A stretch of 64,000 bases of DNA from an uncultured Gammaproteobacteria bacterium (GTDB taxonomy: Bacteria > Patescibacteriota > Microgenomatia > UBA10105 > UBA927): contig CAZUOM010000001.1 in NCBI GenBank assembly GCA_964621305.1, forward strand, positions 10,390 to 74,389, in the 5' to 3' direction. The notes beneath the pieces are model-generated. The model was not told the DNA's origin. It saw only the letters and a list, made by a program, of their open reading frames with translations, and made no database searches. The stretch's first letter is position 1. Each line of letters starts with the position of its first letter. Both the position numbers and the translations under genes were made by a program. Shown in pieces: positions 49,306-59,137 of this stretch.

Positions 49306-49902
49306 ATGGGACGGTCACATGTCACCCCTCTATTACAGCCAGATGACACCACCTGCGGACCAGCAGCTCTCAAAATGGCGTTGGCAATTTTGGGAAAAAG
49401 AAAATCGCTTGCATCGCTCATTGATTTGTGCAAAACCACGCGAAACGGTACCAGCACGCGGCATCTAGTTGACGCCATCAACAAACTCGGTTTTGCCGTC
49501 CTCGTCATCGAATATGCCACACTCAATCACTTGCAAAGCGCACTTCGCTATCCACGCACCAAGCCGCGCGCAGTGTTGGTATCATACCTATACGATCTTG
49601 ACGAGTGGGATAAGCCGCATCCAGACTCTGGTCATTGGGCCGCAGTATCGTCGTATTCAGGCAGAAATAGCCGCATAGTACTTTTGGATTCAGCAAGCGG
49701 TAGAAAAAAGTCCTACCGGTGGATGGAATTTCGCTATCGATGGATGGACTTTGATCTCAAACGAAAAAAACTCCATAAACGTGGACGCAGATTTCGACTC
49801 GTGAAGAGATGGCAAAATCAACTACTGATGGTCATTGCCAAAAACCCAGAAAATTTGCCGAAGTTCCACATCACGACAGCCAGAGTATTTCTGCCAAACT
49901 AA
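49306..49902 (+). CDS. Standalone C39-like papain-fold cysteine peptidase
   Basis: QPDDTTCGPAALKMAL contains the Q/C catalytic-region motif. The downstream SGHWAAV contains the catalytic His. Confidence 0.5.
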   Translation: MGRSHVTPLLQPDDTTCGPAALKMALAILGKRKSLASLIDLCKTTRNGTSTRHLVDAINKLGFAVLVIEYATLNHLQSALRYPRTKPRAVLVSYLYDLDEWDKPHPDSGHWAAVSSYSGRNSRIVLLDSASGRKKSYRWMEFRYRWMDFDLKRKKLHKRGRRFRLVKRWQNQLLMVIAKNPENLPKFHITTARVFLPN

Positions 49903-49966
49903 GGAGATTTTTGGTTTCGAAATTTCTCGGCGTATCGGCTAGATACGGAATCATAGAAAGTATACA

Positions 49967-50959
49967 CTACCGGCGTCTGCTACGTCGCAGGCATGAAGTG
50001 ACAATCTCCCAAAGAAAATCAGCAAACGTCATGCCAGCGGCGTGGAATGAAACACTCATACCGTAGTCTTCATTATCTTCTAGCCCCGGGTTGGGATTGG
50101 CCTCAAGAAGAAAAACGTCATCGCCGCGCGTTCGAATGTCGAGCCTGCTATAATCGGCAAAACCCAGCACGGTAAACGCTTTATTGCTTATCTTCGCTAA
50201 AGCTTGCTCAAGTTCCGGTGACAACCTGGCCAACTCAACACTCGAGGTTTCGTACTCAGGATGATCTTCTATCCAGCGACTGGCATAGGTGAGAAATGCG
50301 CGCGTTCTTTTTTCCTCAAAGATAATCTCCGCCGGCGGCAATACTACCTGGCCACCTCGCCGTTCCAGAACAGTCGTCTGAAACTCGCGGCCGATGATAA
50401 ATTCCTCAGCAAACACCGGTTGGTTATGCTGGACGAGTTGCGCTGTCACAATCGGCAATAATTCGTAGGAACTTTCTGCAATCGACTCGTAGGTTAACCC
50501 GATGCTACAATGCTCATAGATTGGTTTAACAATGACCGGAAACCTAAGAGCAGGATCAATGGGCTCTGTACCGCCTTCAAACAATTGCCATCTCGGTGTC
50601 AACAATCCGGCATCGCGGAGCATTTTTTTCATATGCACTTTATTGGCAACTAGCGCAAATGTCGCTGCCGACGACCCGGTCATGGGGATGGCAAGTTTTT
50701 CCAATGCACCAAAGGCCTTAATTGCCAACGCCGTATCCAACCCCGACCACTCAATCAGATTAAAGAGGCAGTCGGCACGAATTGTAGCAACGTCACTTAT
50801 GGAATCTTCTGAAATTGGTACCAACGTGACATCGGCGCCCTTGGAGATGAGTTCCTTTTCGATGGCGAGGGCCGAAACTTTGGTATCTTCATCGGTTGCC
50901 ACAAAAGGGCTCGCAATGGCCCGACGGGTTGGTAAAGAGTACACAATGGCAATTTTCAT
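49967..50959 (-). CDS. ddl: D-alanine--D-alanine ligase family ATP-grasp enzyme
   Basis: VIVKPIYEHCSIGL, FIIGREFQTTVL, RLDIRT, LLEANPNPGL are Ddl-like ATP-grasp motifs. Confidence 0.7.
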   Translation of the reverse strand: MKIAIVYSLPTRRAIASPFVATDEDTKVSALAIEKELISKGADVTLVPISEDSISDVATIRADCLFNLIEWSGLDTALAIKAFGALEKLAIPMTGSSAATFALVANKVHMKKMLRDAGLLTPRWQLFEGGTEPIDPALRFPVIVKPIYEHCSIGLTYESIAESSYELLPIVTAQLVQHNQPVFAEEFIIGREFQTTVLERRGGQVVLPPAEIIFEEKRTRAFLTYASRWIEDHPEYETSSVELARLSPELEQALAKISNKAFTVLGFADYSRLDIRTRGDDVFLLEANPNPGLEDNEDYGMSVSFHAAGMTFADFLWEIVTSCLRRSRRR

Positions 50960-51879
50960 TTACGGTGGTATTTTTCGTGGATTTCTTTCAGTTGGGGATT
51001 GGTGATGTGGGTGTAAATTTGCGTGGTAGCAACATTTTTGTGGCCCAACATTTCCTGGATCGCTCGAAGATCGGCCCCGTGACTTAATAAGTCTGTCGCA
51101 AAACTATGACGCAGCCCGTGGGGAGTAATTTTTATCGGCAGCCGAGCGGCAAGCACATACTTCTCTACCATCCGCTGGATGCTTCGACTTGTTAGTCTCA
51201 GCATTTCTCCTGCTTTATCAGCAGGATCAGCACGTTTTCCACTATAGCGGATAAACAATGGTTTTGCAGCGTCTTCGCGCCTAGCTATGTATTGCTGGAT
51301 CCAGCCGGCGGCAGCGTCGGACAAAAATACTACGCGGCTCCGGCGGCCTTTTCCGATGACACCAAATTCTTTGCGCTCTAAATTAATCTGATCACGGTTG
51401 AGCCCGACCAACTCTGATACGCGCAGGCCCGTTGAAAACAACACCTCAAGGATTGCCTTGTCGCGCATCCCTTCGATTTTGGAAATCTCCGGCATCCCCA
51501 GGAGCCGCTCGACGGCTTCCCGTTCCAAAAACTTGATGCTGTGGCCTTCTGCTTTACCAAGTTCGACCATCTCCGGCGAAAGCACACCGGGAATGCCGCG
51601 GCGAATAAGATATTTGAGCAACGATCGAAGTGCGATAAGGTGATAATTTTGTGTGACCCGCTTAAGCGGTAGGCCTTTTTCGTCCGCAAAGCGGGAAAGG
51701 AACAGGCGATACTGACGAACTGATTCGGCCGTAATTTGTGACAGGGGAGTGGATTTGGAGCCTAAGAAAGCCAAAAACCGCCTTAAATAGTGTTTATAAT
51801 TGCGAATCGTCAGCTGGCTGACATTTCGCTCAATTTCAAGATATTCCAAAAATTCTTTGAGAAGCTGAGAAAGATTCAT
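50956..51879 (-). CDS. Tyrosine recombinase XerC/XerD
   Basis: N-terminal core-binding domain. Catalytic residues R..HxxR..Y (HGLRHSFATDLL ... IYTH). Confidence 0.85.
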   Translation of the reverse strand: MNLSQLLKEFLEYLEIERNVSQLTIRNYKHYLRRFLAFLGSKSTPLSQITAESVRQYRLFLSRFADEKGLPLKRVTQNYHLIALRSLLKYLIRRGIPGVLSPEMVELGKAEGHSIKFLEREAVERLLGMPEISKIEGMRDKAILEVLFSTGLRVSELVGLNRDQINLERKEFGVIGKGRRSRVVFLSDAAAGWIQQYIARREDAAKPLFIRYSGKRADPADKAGEMLRLTSRSIQRMVEKYVLAARLPIKITPHGLRHSFATDLLSHGADLRAIQEMLGHKNVATTQIYTHITNPQLKEIHEKYHRK

Positions 51880-52039
51880 AGACTACCTAATTGTGCGACA
51901 TTATCAAAAAAAGTCAAGTTTTTTTGTGGATTAAGGATCAATAACCAATACAGATGATTCATTTCTCAGCAATCAAGTACCTAGTCGGTCCCCTAAAATG
52001 AGCCTCATTTTTGAGCCTCTGTAGTGACCTAGAATGACT

Positions 52040-52420
52040 GATTCGTCATAAGATGATATGTATCAATGGGAGATAAGGAGTAAGAAAAGTAAAAAAGTAT
52101 TTAAAGTCCGTTTTGCGACGACTTCCGAGACGCTGCAAAACGGACGCAGACTTTTGCGATGGTACTCATGTACGTCGCAAAAGTACTATTGTACGACATA
52201 TTCAACTAACAACCTAACGGGCTTTTATACCCACCAAAGACCGCGGGGAGCAAAAGAGCCTTGATGCGCAAAAAACGGTGACAGATAGATCACTCTGAGC
52301 TGCGGACTGACGGTATAGAATATCGTCCATGCTCGACGTCGCATCAAAACCTCTTTCGGGTTTCCTATAGCAGTTTAGATTTAGAGCGTATTTATGGGCC
52401 AAATGCATTATTTCGAGGCT
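52040..52420 (+). ncRNA. Candidate structured ncRNA, possibly RNase P RNA (rnpB)
   Basis: About 850 bp with no credible ORF in a dense genome. AAAGTCCG at 52103-52110 could pair with CGGACT at 52303-52308, giving a P4-like pseudoknot. ACCCACC...GGGGAGCAAAAGAGCC at 52228-52260 resembles the conserved CCACC-GGAGCAAGGCC region. GACAGATAGAT sits next to it. Not validated. Confidence 0.3.
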
Positions 52421-52722
52421 AAAGTGTTTAACCATAGCACTCTATAAGCAATGGTTTTGGTATTTATTTAGATTGTCTATATGCTCCATATGACTGTTTT
52501 TGAGGCTGATAATCTACTCTGTTCTTTGTCAATGCTAACGCTATTTAGCTTGTAACAACAATTCAAACGTGTGTTTGTCGTTCACATTGTGTACTCAGGG
52601 GGCGGGTTAAGGACTGTGAAAAAGAAACTCCAAAGTTGTGAAATAAATTATCTCTATGAACCAAAGTTACCCTATAGTTATTTATCAACAATATCAAACT
52701 ATATCCTCTCTCTCCCCTATGC

Positions 52723-53580
52723 CTATCCGCGCCATCGCGACGTTATGATAGCTAGAAGAAACACTATAAAAAAAACCGATAAAAATTCAATCATTGTTTT
52801 TTTATAAAGTTTTTCAACAAGGTAATGCTGTGCTATGCCTGCAAAACTATAAAAAGTAGTAGTCAAAAGAAGTGCAGTTAAAACCGGTTTCATTGGCCAA
52901 AATCCTAAAGTAAATGCAAGTTCAAAGGTAATGATAAAGAATACTATGACAATCTCCCCTACTCTTTTTGTTACACGGTCACCAAGTTCATAAGCCCAAA
53001 GAGACTGAAACAATAATCCGCCATGGACTGCTGCAAGAAGAATTGTCGTACCAATAATCGGCCATCGAAACGAGAATATCGTAAGTATCAGGAGAAAATC
53101 CGTCACTAATGTAATGAGGAAACCAATAGAGTGTGCAGCTCGAAGCAGGCCAATACCCCGCTGCGCTGCCACGTTATAAATATTTTCCGTCAAAAGGAGC
53201 GCATACATACCAATACAGTAAACAAGTGCAACCGGAAGCCGTGTAGCCCAACGAACGGGAAGAAGAAAGTAAAAAAGCGAAACAGCGGCAGTAAAAAGCG
53301 TCGGAAGCATCAACAAAGTCACCCACTCAACCCCATGCAAGTCCTCCCGCAACACGAACGCAGAGGCACAAAAGGCTAGTAGTGATAGTACTCCGACCAA
53401 CGGATATCGAAGGTCTATAGATACTAACTGAGTAAGTACCAGACCACTGGTAAGCACGAACGTAGCGCACACAAATTCTTGCCGCTTAGTTAGCGCAAGA
53501 GGCCGTTTCCTCCGTTTGAGTTGTTTTTGGAAAGCATCAATGATCGAATACCGCATTGCCTCAATTTTATATACTAGCAT
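52723..53580 (-). CDS. Polytopic membrane protein (285 aa), hypothetical
   Basis: About 8 predicted TM helices. No motif. Confidence 0.4.
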   Translation of the reverse strand: MLVYKIEAMRYSIIDAFQKQLKRRKRPLALTKRQEFVCATFVLTSGLVLTQLVSIDLRYPLVGVLSLLAFCASAFVLREDLHGVEWVTLLMLPTLFTAAVSLFYFLLPVRWATRLPVALVYCIGMYALLLTENIYNVAAQRGIGLLRAAHSIGFLITLVTDFLLILTIFSFRWPIIGTTILLAAVHGGLLFQSLWAYELGDRVTKRVGEIVIVFFIITFELAFTLGFWPMKPVLTALLLTTTFYSFAGIAQHYLVEKLYKKTMIEFLSVFFIVFLLAIITSRWRG

Positions 53581-53622
53581 TGATATTGACTTTTCTCAAT
53601 TATACACAGTACACTTTCGTCC

Positions 53623-54378
53623 ATGACCATCGACCCACCGCTTTTAGATCAAGCCATAGATGAAGCGCTTGCTGGCCACTGGAAAGAAGCAATACAGATC
53701 AATCTTGCAATCCTCAAAGGTAAAAAGTCTGATATCGATACGCTTAACCGTCTCGCTTACGCTTACTTACAGTATGGCGATGTCACATCAGCCAAAAGAA
53801 TATTTCGAAAAGTTCTTAAACTGGATCAATATAATGGCATAGCGATCAAAAACTCTAAACTACTTGAGCAAGTAAAACACAAATCAATAAAAAAATCCTT
53901 TCCCCCTGCATCCCCTAATGATTTTTTAGAAGATCCTGGCAAAACAAAAATCGTCTCCTGTGTCCATTTGGCTCCTACACAAATACTTATGTCGCTTTCC
54001 CCGGGCCAACAAGTACTATTGAAGGCCCGCAGACATACAGTCGAACTACGTACCAGTGATACAACCTATGTAGCTGCCCTTCCTGACGACATTGCTTTTA
54101 AACTTCTTAAGCTTTTAGCTGCTGGCAATACGTACCAGGCTGTAATCAAAGCAATTGGTAAAAACTTACTCACCATCATGCTTCGAGAAACCAGTCGCGG
54201 AAAACGATATGCAAATCAACCGTCATTTATTTCAACAACGACAGCTAGCTACGTGCCTCTTACTACTAGTGATATACGTGAAGAAAGTAAACCGTCTGTT
54301 ACATTTACTGGTGAGGAAGAAGTCGATGAAGAAGATCCCATCAAGCCTACCGCAGATAGTGAAGAAGAAGGTCCTTAA
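53623..54378 (+). CDS. Hypothetical protein with N-terminal TPR-like helices and an acidic C-terminus
   Basis: ORF only, plus TPR-like helix pairs. Confidence 0.35.
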   Translation: MTIDPPLLDQAIDEALAGHWKEAIQINLAILKGKKSDIDTLNRLAYAYLQYGDVTSAKRIFRKVLKLDQYNGIAIKNSKLLEQVKHKSIKKSFPPASPNDFLEDPGKTKIVSCVHLAPTQILMSLSPGQQVLLKARRHTVELRTSDTTYVAALPDDIAFKLLKLLAAGNTYQAVIKAIGKNLLTIMLRETSRGKRYANQPSFISTTTASYVPLTTSDIREESKPSVTFTGEEEVDEEDPIKPTADSEEEGP

Positions 54379-55298
54379 AATCGCTTCTCAAATTCTTCTC
54401 CAACGCGAACTTCGATATCTGATCGACTCGTCTCTCCTTCTTTGACACTACAGGAATAAAAATGTGCAATATATCGCACGGTCTTACTATTAAGAGCTTC
54501 TCTTCTACCCAGTATGATACAGCGCCCAACGGTTGGACTATCGTTACCGATGCCGACCACTAGCGCCCCCGCTCGACTGATTCGGCGCTCCATACGTCTT
54601 CCCAGTGTTGGCATAGTCGTCGTATTGTAAACCATCACCCGAAGCGATTCGACGCGCACATCCTCCTCCTCTAGGCGTGTTCCCAAAACAACATCAAGCC
54701 GATCCATATCAAGAAGTCCAAGCGTCGTACCGTCTGCAAGTTCTTTTTGAACTATCGCACTGGTTTTCCCGACATCGAGCTTTTCAAATGCCTCGGTCCG
54801 AAGTCCTTGGGTTGCCAACGCCAACGGCAAAAAAGTTTGGAGTGGGAGGTTACTTCTATATCTACCCATAACCAACGCCAATGCATTTCCAATAGAAAAC
54901 ATCTTTCTTATGGAGGTTTCTGCCACCGGTTGATCGGGCAGCTCACCGATTTTGGGCCCGTGGTACCAGGGAATGACGACGCCTAGTGTTTCTCCGAGGC
55001 TATCAGCCAAAAGCGCTTTATTCTTGGTATCCAGCTCCCCCAACTTCCAAAGCGACTCCAACGAATACTCGCCTACACGCCTCATTCCGCTAATCGTGAT
55101 AGCCGAAGGAAGTTCAATGACGGTAACATGTTTTTTCCTCCCATCCCACGAGGCAACCAGCATCGGGTTGCCGACCAGAAGAACCGTAGTACGAAAGGGA
55201 GAACTTGGAAACAAATGCTTAAGGAGAAACACAAGCAATATCGCAAAAGACGCATATAGAAGGCCCAACCGATTATATCGCCTCTGGCTCTTTACCAT
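54375..55298 (-). CDS. LytR-CpsA-Psr (LCP) family protein
   Basis: N-terminal TM, then a region resembling the LCP core (VLLVGN...KKHVTVIELPSAITI...LGVVIPWY). Confidence 0.5.
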   Translation of the reverse strand: MVKSQRRYNRLGLLYASFAILLVFLLKHLFPSSPFRTTVLLVGNPMLVASWDGRKKHVTVIELPSAITISGMRRVGEYSLESLWKLGELDTKNKALLADSLGETLGVVIPWYHGPKIGELPDQPVAETSIRKMFSIGNALALVMGRYRSNLPLQTFLPLALATQGLRTEAFEKLDVGKTSAIVQKELADGTTLGLLDMDRLDVVLGTRLEEEDVRVESLRVMVYNTTTMPTLGRRMERRISRAGALVVGIGNDSPTVGRCIILGRREALNSKTVRYIAHFYSCSVKEGETSRSDIEVRVGEEFEKRF

Positions 55299-55603
55299 TC
55301 TTTCTTCCCTTTTTTAATAATCTCAACCTTCGGCAGAGACCATGAAGCGCTTACGCCCATTTGTTTGACGGCCTTTTTCTCCAACTGGCTTTTTTTGAGC
55401 TTCTTTTTATCTCCCTTGTAATATGCCCCAAACTGCCCCATACATATAGCCTACCAAAGTCTCTTTGAATTGACAAGGCAGAGAGAGACAGGAAGTGATG
55501 CTCACTTTTTTCCCTTCGCGATAAGCTGTCGTGGCTCGAGTCTTCGTATCAATTAAAACTATTCTTTTTACTAACGTAATACTTTTTTGTCAAGTGTTAC
55601 GTT

Positions 55604-57334
55604 TTACCCCAACCCGTGCTCGATTTTGAGGCGGCTTACTTTACCGGCTATGTCTTCTTCCGACTGGCCAAACTTGCTAAGTAGACGCTCAACGATAGAT
55701 ATGGCTGCTTCAAATTCCGGCTGGATTACCGAATCGACACCAAGAGACTTTAAGATCCTTTGGTCTTCTTCAAAATGCGTCCTGCAAATGATGTTGATGC
55801 GCCGATTTAATGTTTGAGCGTTGCTTATAATCATCTCTTGTGTATGGCGGTCTGGAATGGCAATGATGATGGCGCGGGCTAGATCTACTTGAGCGTAGTC
55901 AAGCACTTCTTTTTCCGCCGGATCGCCAAACACGGCATGGATACCGCGGCTCTGAAGATCTTTGACTGTGTGGTGGTTGTAATCAACGACCAAAAGGGGG
56001 ATGCCCGCCATCTCTAGCGCGCGACCGATGTATTTCCCTACCCTGCCGTAGCCGCAGATTACGATGTGGCCCTCAATTGGGTAATCTTCCCTGCCGACCG
56101 TCTCCTTCACTTTGACCGGAAAAACCTTGGGCCAGCGTGATCCGAAGGCGCTCGTCAGCCAATAGTAGATTCTCTGACCGCGTGCTATCAACGGACTGGT
56201 AATGGCTATGGTTAAAATGGTTAGTGTGATAAGAAGAACTTCTTGATCGGGCGTAAAAACTCCAATCTTCCTCCCCTCTTGAGCAATTACAAATCCGAAT
56301 TCTGACATTTGTGTTAGCGACAGCGCCACGAGAAAGGCGGTTTTGCGATGATAGCCAAGAAATCTCATGAGTCCCAGAACGATACAGGCTTTGACGAAAA
56401 TAACAAGAACGATCAGAAAAAGAAGCGTGGGCAATTTTAGTGTAACGACAGAGATAGGGATGACGAAACCGAGGGCAACGAAAAAAATAACGGCAAAAAC
56501 GTCTCGCAGTGGCCTGACTTCGGCAAAAATTGCGTGGTTTTGGGTTGTCTCGGCAACCAAAAGTCCTGCTATAAAGGCTCCCAATGGCGCCGGCAAGCCA
56601 ACGGCCAGACTCGCTACAGCCCCAATAAACACCAGTCCAACGACGCTAATAAGCAGAAGCTCTCCGCTTCGAAGGCTTGTAATATAATTGAGCACTCTAG
56701 GAATAATCGAGCGACCCAGGAGAAACACAAAGCTCAGGTAAATCACTGATTTGGCAACACTGACCATAAGCGCCGAGCCTACATCAATAAAAGATGCCTG
56801 CGTTCCGGAGGCAACAGCAGCAATGGCCGGCAGAATAATCATCATTGGAACAACTGCGATATCCTGAACAATGAGCCATGCAGAAGAAACCGTTGCTGGC
56901 AGTGTGTCCATTTCTCCTCGTTCCGATAAAATTTTGACAACAACGGCAGTCGATGAAAGCGAAACTGCTGCAGCAATAAAAAGTGCAACGACAAAAGAAA
57001 AACCCATGAACGAAACAGCTACCAAAAAAACTACGATACTAACAAGAATCTGTACAACTGCAGCTAGCCAAATCGTCGAGAGTACATGCCGCAGTCGATG
57101 GAAAGTGAACTCGACTCCCAGAGTAAACAGGAGAAGAGTGACCCCAACATCGGCAATCAGTTCAAGAAGTGGTCGATTCGTAATCCCCGGAAAAATATTA
57201 CCGAGGACTAAGCCAACGCCAATGTATCCCACGACTGCTGGCAGCTTCACTTTCCGGGCCAATATACCGCCCCCCAGGGCGGAGATGAAAACAAAAAAAA
57301 GCGTGGTGGTGAGGGATAAATTAGCCAACTGCAT
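55604..57334 (-). CDS. Kef-type cation/proton antiporter (CPA2) with C-terminal TrkA-N/RCK domain
   Basis: 12-13 TM Na_H_exchanger-like domain. HIVICGYGRVGKYIGRAL Rossmann (TrkA-N). Confidence 0.8.
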   Translation of the reverse strand: MQLANLSLTTTLFFVFISALGGGILARKVKLPAVVGYIGVGLVLGNIFPGITNRPLLELIADVGVTLLLFTLGVEFTFHRLRHVLSTIWLAAVVQILVSIVVFLVAVSFMGFSFVVALFIAAAVSLSSTAVVVKILSERGEMDTLPATVSSAWLIVQDIAVVPMMIILPAIAAVASGTQASFIDVGSALMVSVAKSVIYLSFVFLLGRSIIPRVLNYITSLRSGELLLISVVGLVFIGAVASLAVGLPAPLGAFIAGLLVAETTQNHAIFAEVRPLRDVFAVIFFVALGFVIPISVVTLKLPTLLFLIVLVIFVKACIVLGLMRFLGYHRKTAFLVALSLTQMSEFGFVIAQEGRKIGVFTPDQEVLLITLTILTIAITSPLIARGQRIYYWLTSAFGSRWPKVFPVKVKETVGREDYPIEGHIVICGYGRVGKYIGRALEMAGIPLLVVDYNHHTVKDLQSRGIHAVFGDPAEKEVLDYAQVDLARAIIIAIPDRHTQEMIISNAQTLNRRINIICRTHFEEDQRILKSLGVDSVIQPEFEAAISIVERLLSKFGQSEEDIAGKVSRLKIEHGLG

Positions 57335-58016
57335 GAATGATGCTATCCATATCTTGAGGTATAGCTGCCTCTAATGCAAGCGGCTTACCTGTTACCGGAT
57401 CGGTAAAAGAAATTTTCCATGCATGCAACATCACGCGAGCCACCCAGCTGCGATCATCGCGACTGGTTTTTCTGCCGGCATAGAGGAAGTCGCCAACGAT
57501 GGGATGGTTGATATACTTCATGTGTACGCGTATCTGGTGCGTGCGGCCAGTCTCAGGATAAAGCTCAACGAGGGAAATTTCATAAGGTCTCACCTTGCCT
57601 CGCAAGGTGAGACCTTGCAAAACGAGGTATTTCGTCACCGCTTCTTTTCCTCCAGGGACAATACCGAAGCGTTGCCGACTCCACGGGAGCCTGCCAACCG
57701 GAGCTCGAATTTCTCCTTGCGCGGGAACGAGTTTTCCGTGGACGATAGCCAGGTAGGTCTTTTTGACAGCTCTTTCCTTAAATTGCCGCTGAAGTCCGGC
57801 AAATGCCTCAGGATTTTTTGCGATAAGAAGTATACCCGATGTTTCTTTGTCAATCCGGTGCACGATCCCCCCCCGATCCAACGCAATTTTCAATTCGTTC
57901 TCTGACCAATCTTGAATAGTTAGTTCCTTTACTGATTCCGCTCGATTAACAACTATTCCCGCAGGTTTATTGATAACTATTAGGCTCTGGTCTTCATAAA
58001 GAATGGCGATCTTCAC
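57321..58016 (-). CDS. RluA-family pseudouridine synthase
   Basis: VINKPAGIVV and HRIDKETSGILLIAKN (catalytic Asp motif). Confidence 0.8.
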   Translation of the reverse strand: MKIAILYEDQSLIVINKPAGIVVNRAESVKELTIQDWSENELKIALDRGGIVHRIDKETSGILLIAKNPEAFAGLQRQFKERAVKKTYLAIVHGKLVPAQGEIRAPVGRLPWSRQRFGIVPGGKEAVTKYLVLQGLTLRGKVRPYEISLVELYPETGRTHQIRVHMKYINHPIVGDFLYAGRKTSRDDRSWVARVMLHAWKISFTDPVTGKPLALEAAIPQDMDSIIHAVG

Positions 58017-58375
58017 ATCTTCTTCTTTTTTTCGTCATCCAGGCACAGGGTTGCTGTGGGAACCGCTGCTAGCCGATCGGTATCAATCATCTTTTCGCAT
58101 ACAACACAAAAGCCATAAGTACCGTTTCTGATCCTCGTGAGCGCGTCATCAATGGCGGCAATTTGAGACCTAAGTTCGTCAGTTTGGGCCGAGACTCGGT
58201 CGTGATTACTTTCTTCAAGGGCTTCTGCGTCAGATGCCGCGTTATCAGTCAAGCGATCAGGATCTGAAAAGGGATCTTGAGCCGAAAGGGAGTCAAGCCG
58301 AGCAGCCACATTAGTTCTTTCCTCTTCAAGTGCCTTACGCACGCTATCAAGTAACTTGGGATCGTATCGTATCAT
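58013..58375 (-). CDS. DksA/TraR-family zinc-finger protein
   Basis: Coiled-coil N-terminus. C-terminal YGFCVVCEKMIDTDRLAAVPTATLC zinc-finger-like motif. Confidence 0.65.
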   Translation of the reverse strand: MIRYDPKLLDSVRKALEEERTNVAARLDSLSAQDPFSDPDRLTDNAASDAEALEESNHDRVSAQTDELRSQIAAIDDALTRIRNGTYGFCVVCEKMIDTDRLAAVPTATLCLDDEKKKKM

Positions 58376-59135
58376 ATATTTTTTTCACTACTTCCTTTCC
58401 ACCTCCACGAACGTATAAAGCCCCAATTGCCTGACTAAAAATGATAATCAACATCCACTGATTGGCACTTAGTCCCCAGTATAATCGATGTTCAACAAAA
58501 AACTCAAGAAGAAAATTACTTGCGGAAAAGATGACGAAAAAGCAAATACCCAATAGTCCCAATGGCCAGTCGCGACTCTTGGCACGAATTTCAAAAAATC
58601 CGATAACAAAGAGCAGTAGCAGCAAGAATATTGCCTCATAGACTCCAACTGGATGACGCAGGCCCTGGTAACCGGCGACTCTGACTGCCCAAGGCAGCGA
58701 TGTCTCAACTCCCACAACGGTACCACCCAAGAACGCACCAATGCTGCCAATGGCTATTGATCCAGGCAAGGCGAATGCAAGAGCATCTGCAATCATGGCC
58801 AGACGCAACCCGTTATGTTTTCCCAACACCGCCATGGTCAACACGCCCACTACCAACCCCGGGTAGAGCGAAAGCCCAGGCACCACCCAAGGCGCAAACA
58901 TTTTCAGAACAGAGCCGGAAAATAGCTCTGGGTGTATGAGAATAAATCCGACACGAGCAACCAACAACGCAACCAAAGTTCCCCAAAACATCAGGTCAAA
59001 GATCCGCTCTTCTTCTACTGCCTCTTTTCGCAGCGCTTTCCAAAATACAAGGGAAAAGACTAACCAGCTCAACACCAGAAAAAAACTCAGACTATATAGG
59101 TTCAGCGGGCCGATTGAGAATAAAATTGGCAACAT
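58347..59135 (-). CDS. lgt: Prolipoprotein diacylglyceryl transferase
   Basis: 7 TM helices. LRHPVGVYEA resembles the Lgt signature region. Confidence 0.65.
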   Translation of the reverse strand: MLPILFSIGPLNLYSLSFFLVLSWLVFSLVFWKALRKEAVEEERIFDLMFWGTLVALLVARVGFILIHPELFSGSVLKMFAPWVVPGLSLYPGLVVGVLTMAVLGKHNGLRLAMIADALAFALPGSIAIGSIGAFLGGTVVGVETSLPWAVRVAGYQGLRHPVGVYEAIFLLLLLFVIGFFEIRAKSRDWPLGLLGICFFVIFSASNFLLEFFVEHRLYWGLSANQWMLIIIFSQAIGALYVRGGGKEVVKKIYDTIRSQVT

Positions 59136-59137
59136 AG

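Noticed and set aside
49967-50959. ATP-grasp enzyme as a graspetide/RiPP ligase partner of the C39-like peptidase
   Set aside because: Its motifs match D-Ala-D-Ala ligase specifically. It is on the opposite strand in an operon with xerC. Peptidoglycan genes (PBP, LCP, lgt) are present in the window, so a housekeeping ddl is the simpler explanation.
50956-51879. XerC/D as the integrase of the gyrA-downstream islet
   Set aside because: It lies about 7 kb away and is separated by housekeeping genes (folD, ddl). It is co-oriented with ddl as a probable chromosomal dimer-resolution recombinase and is not adjacent to any duplicated terminus.
51880-52722. tmRNA (ssrA) or SRP RNA in the ORF-free region
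   Set aside because: There is no tRNA-like 3' end (GGTTCGA...CCACCA), no tag-peptide reading frame, and no SRP domain IV motif (GGAAGCAGC). The RNase P-like features fit better but remain tentative.
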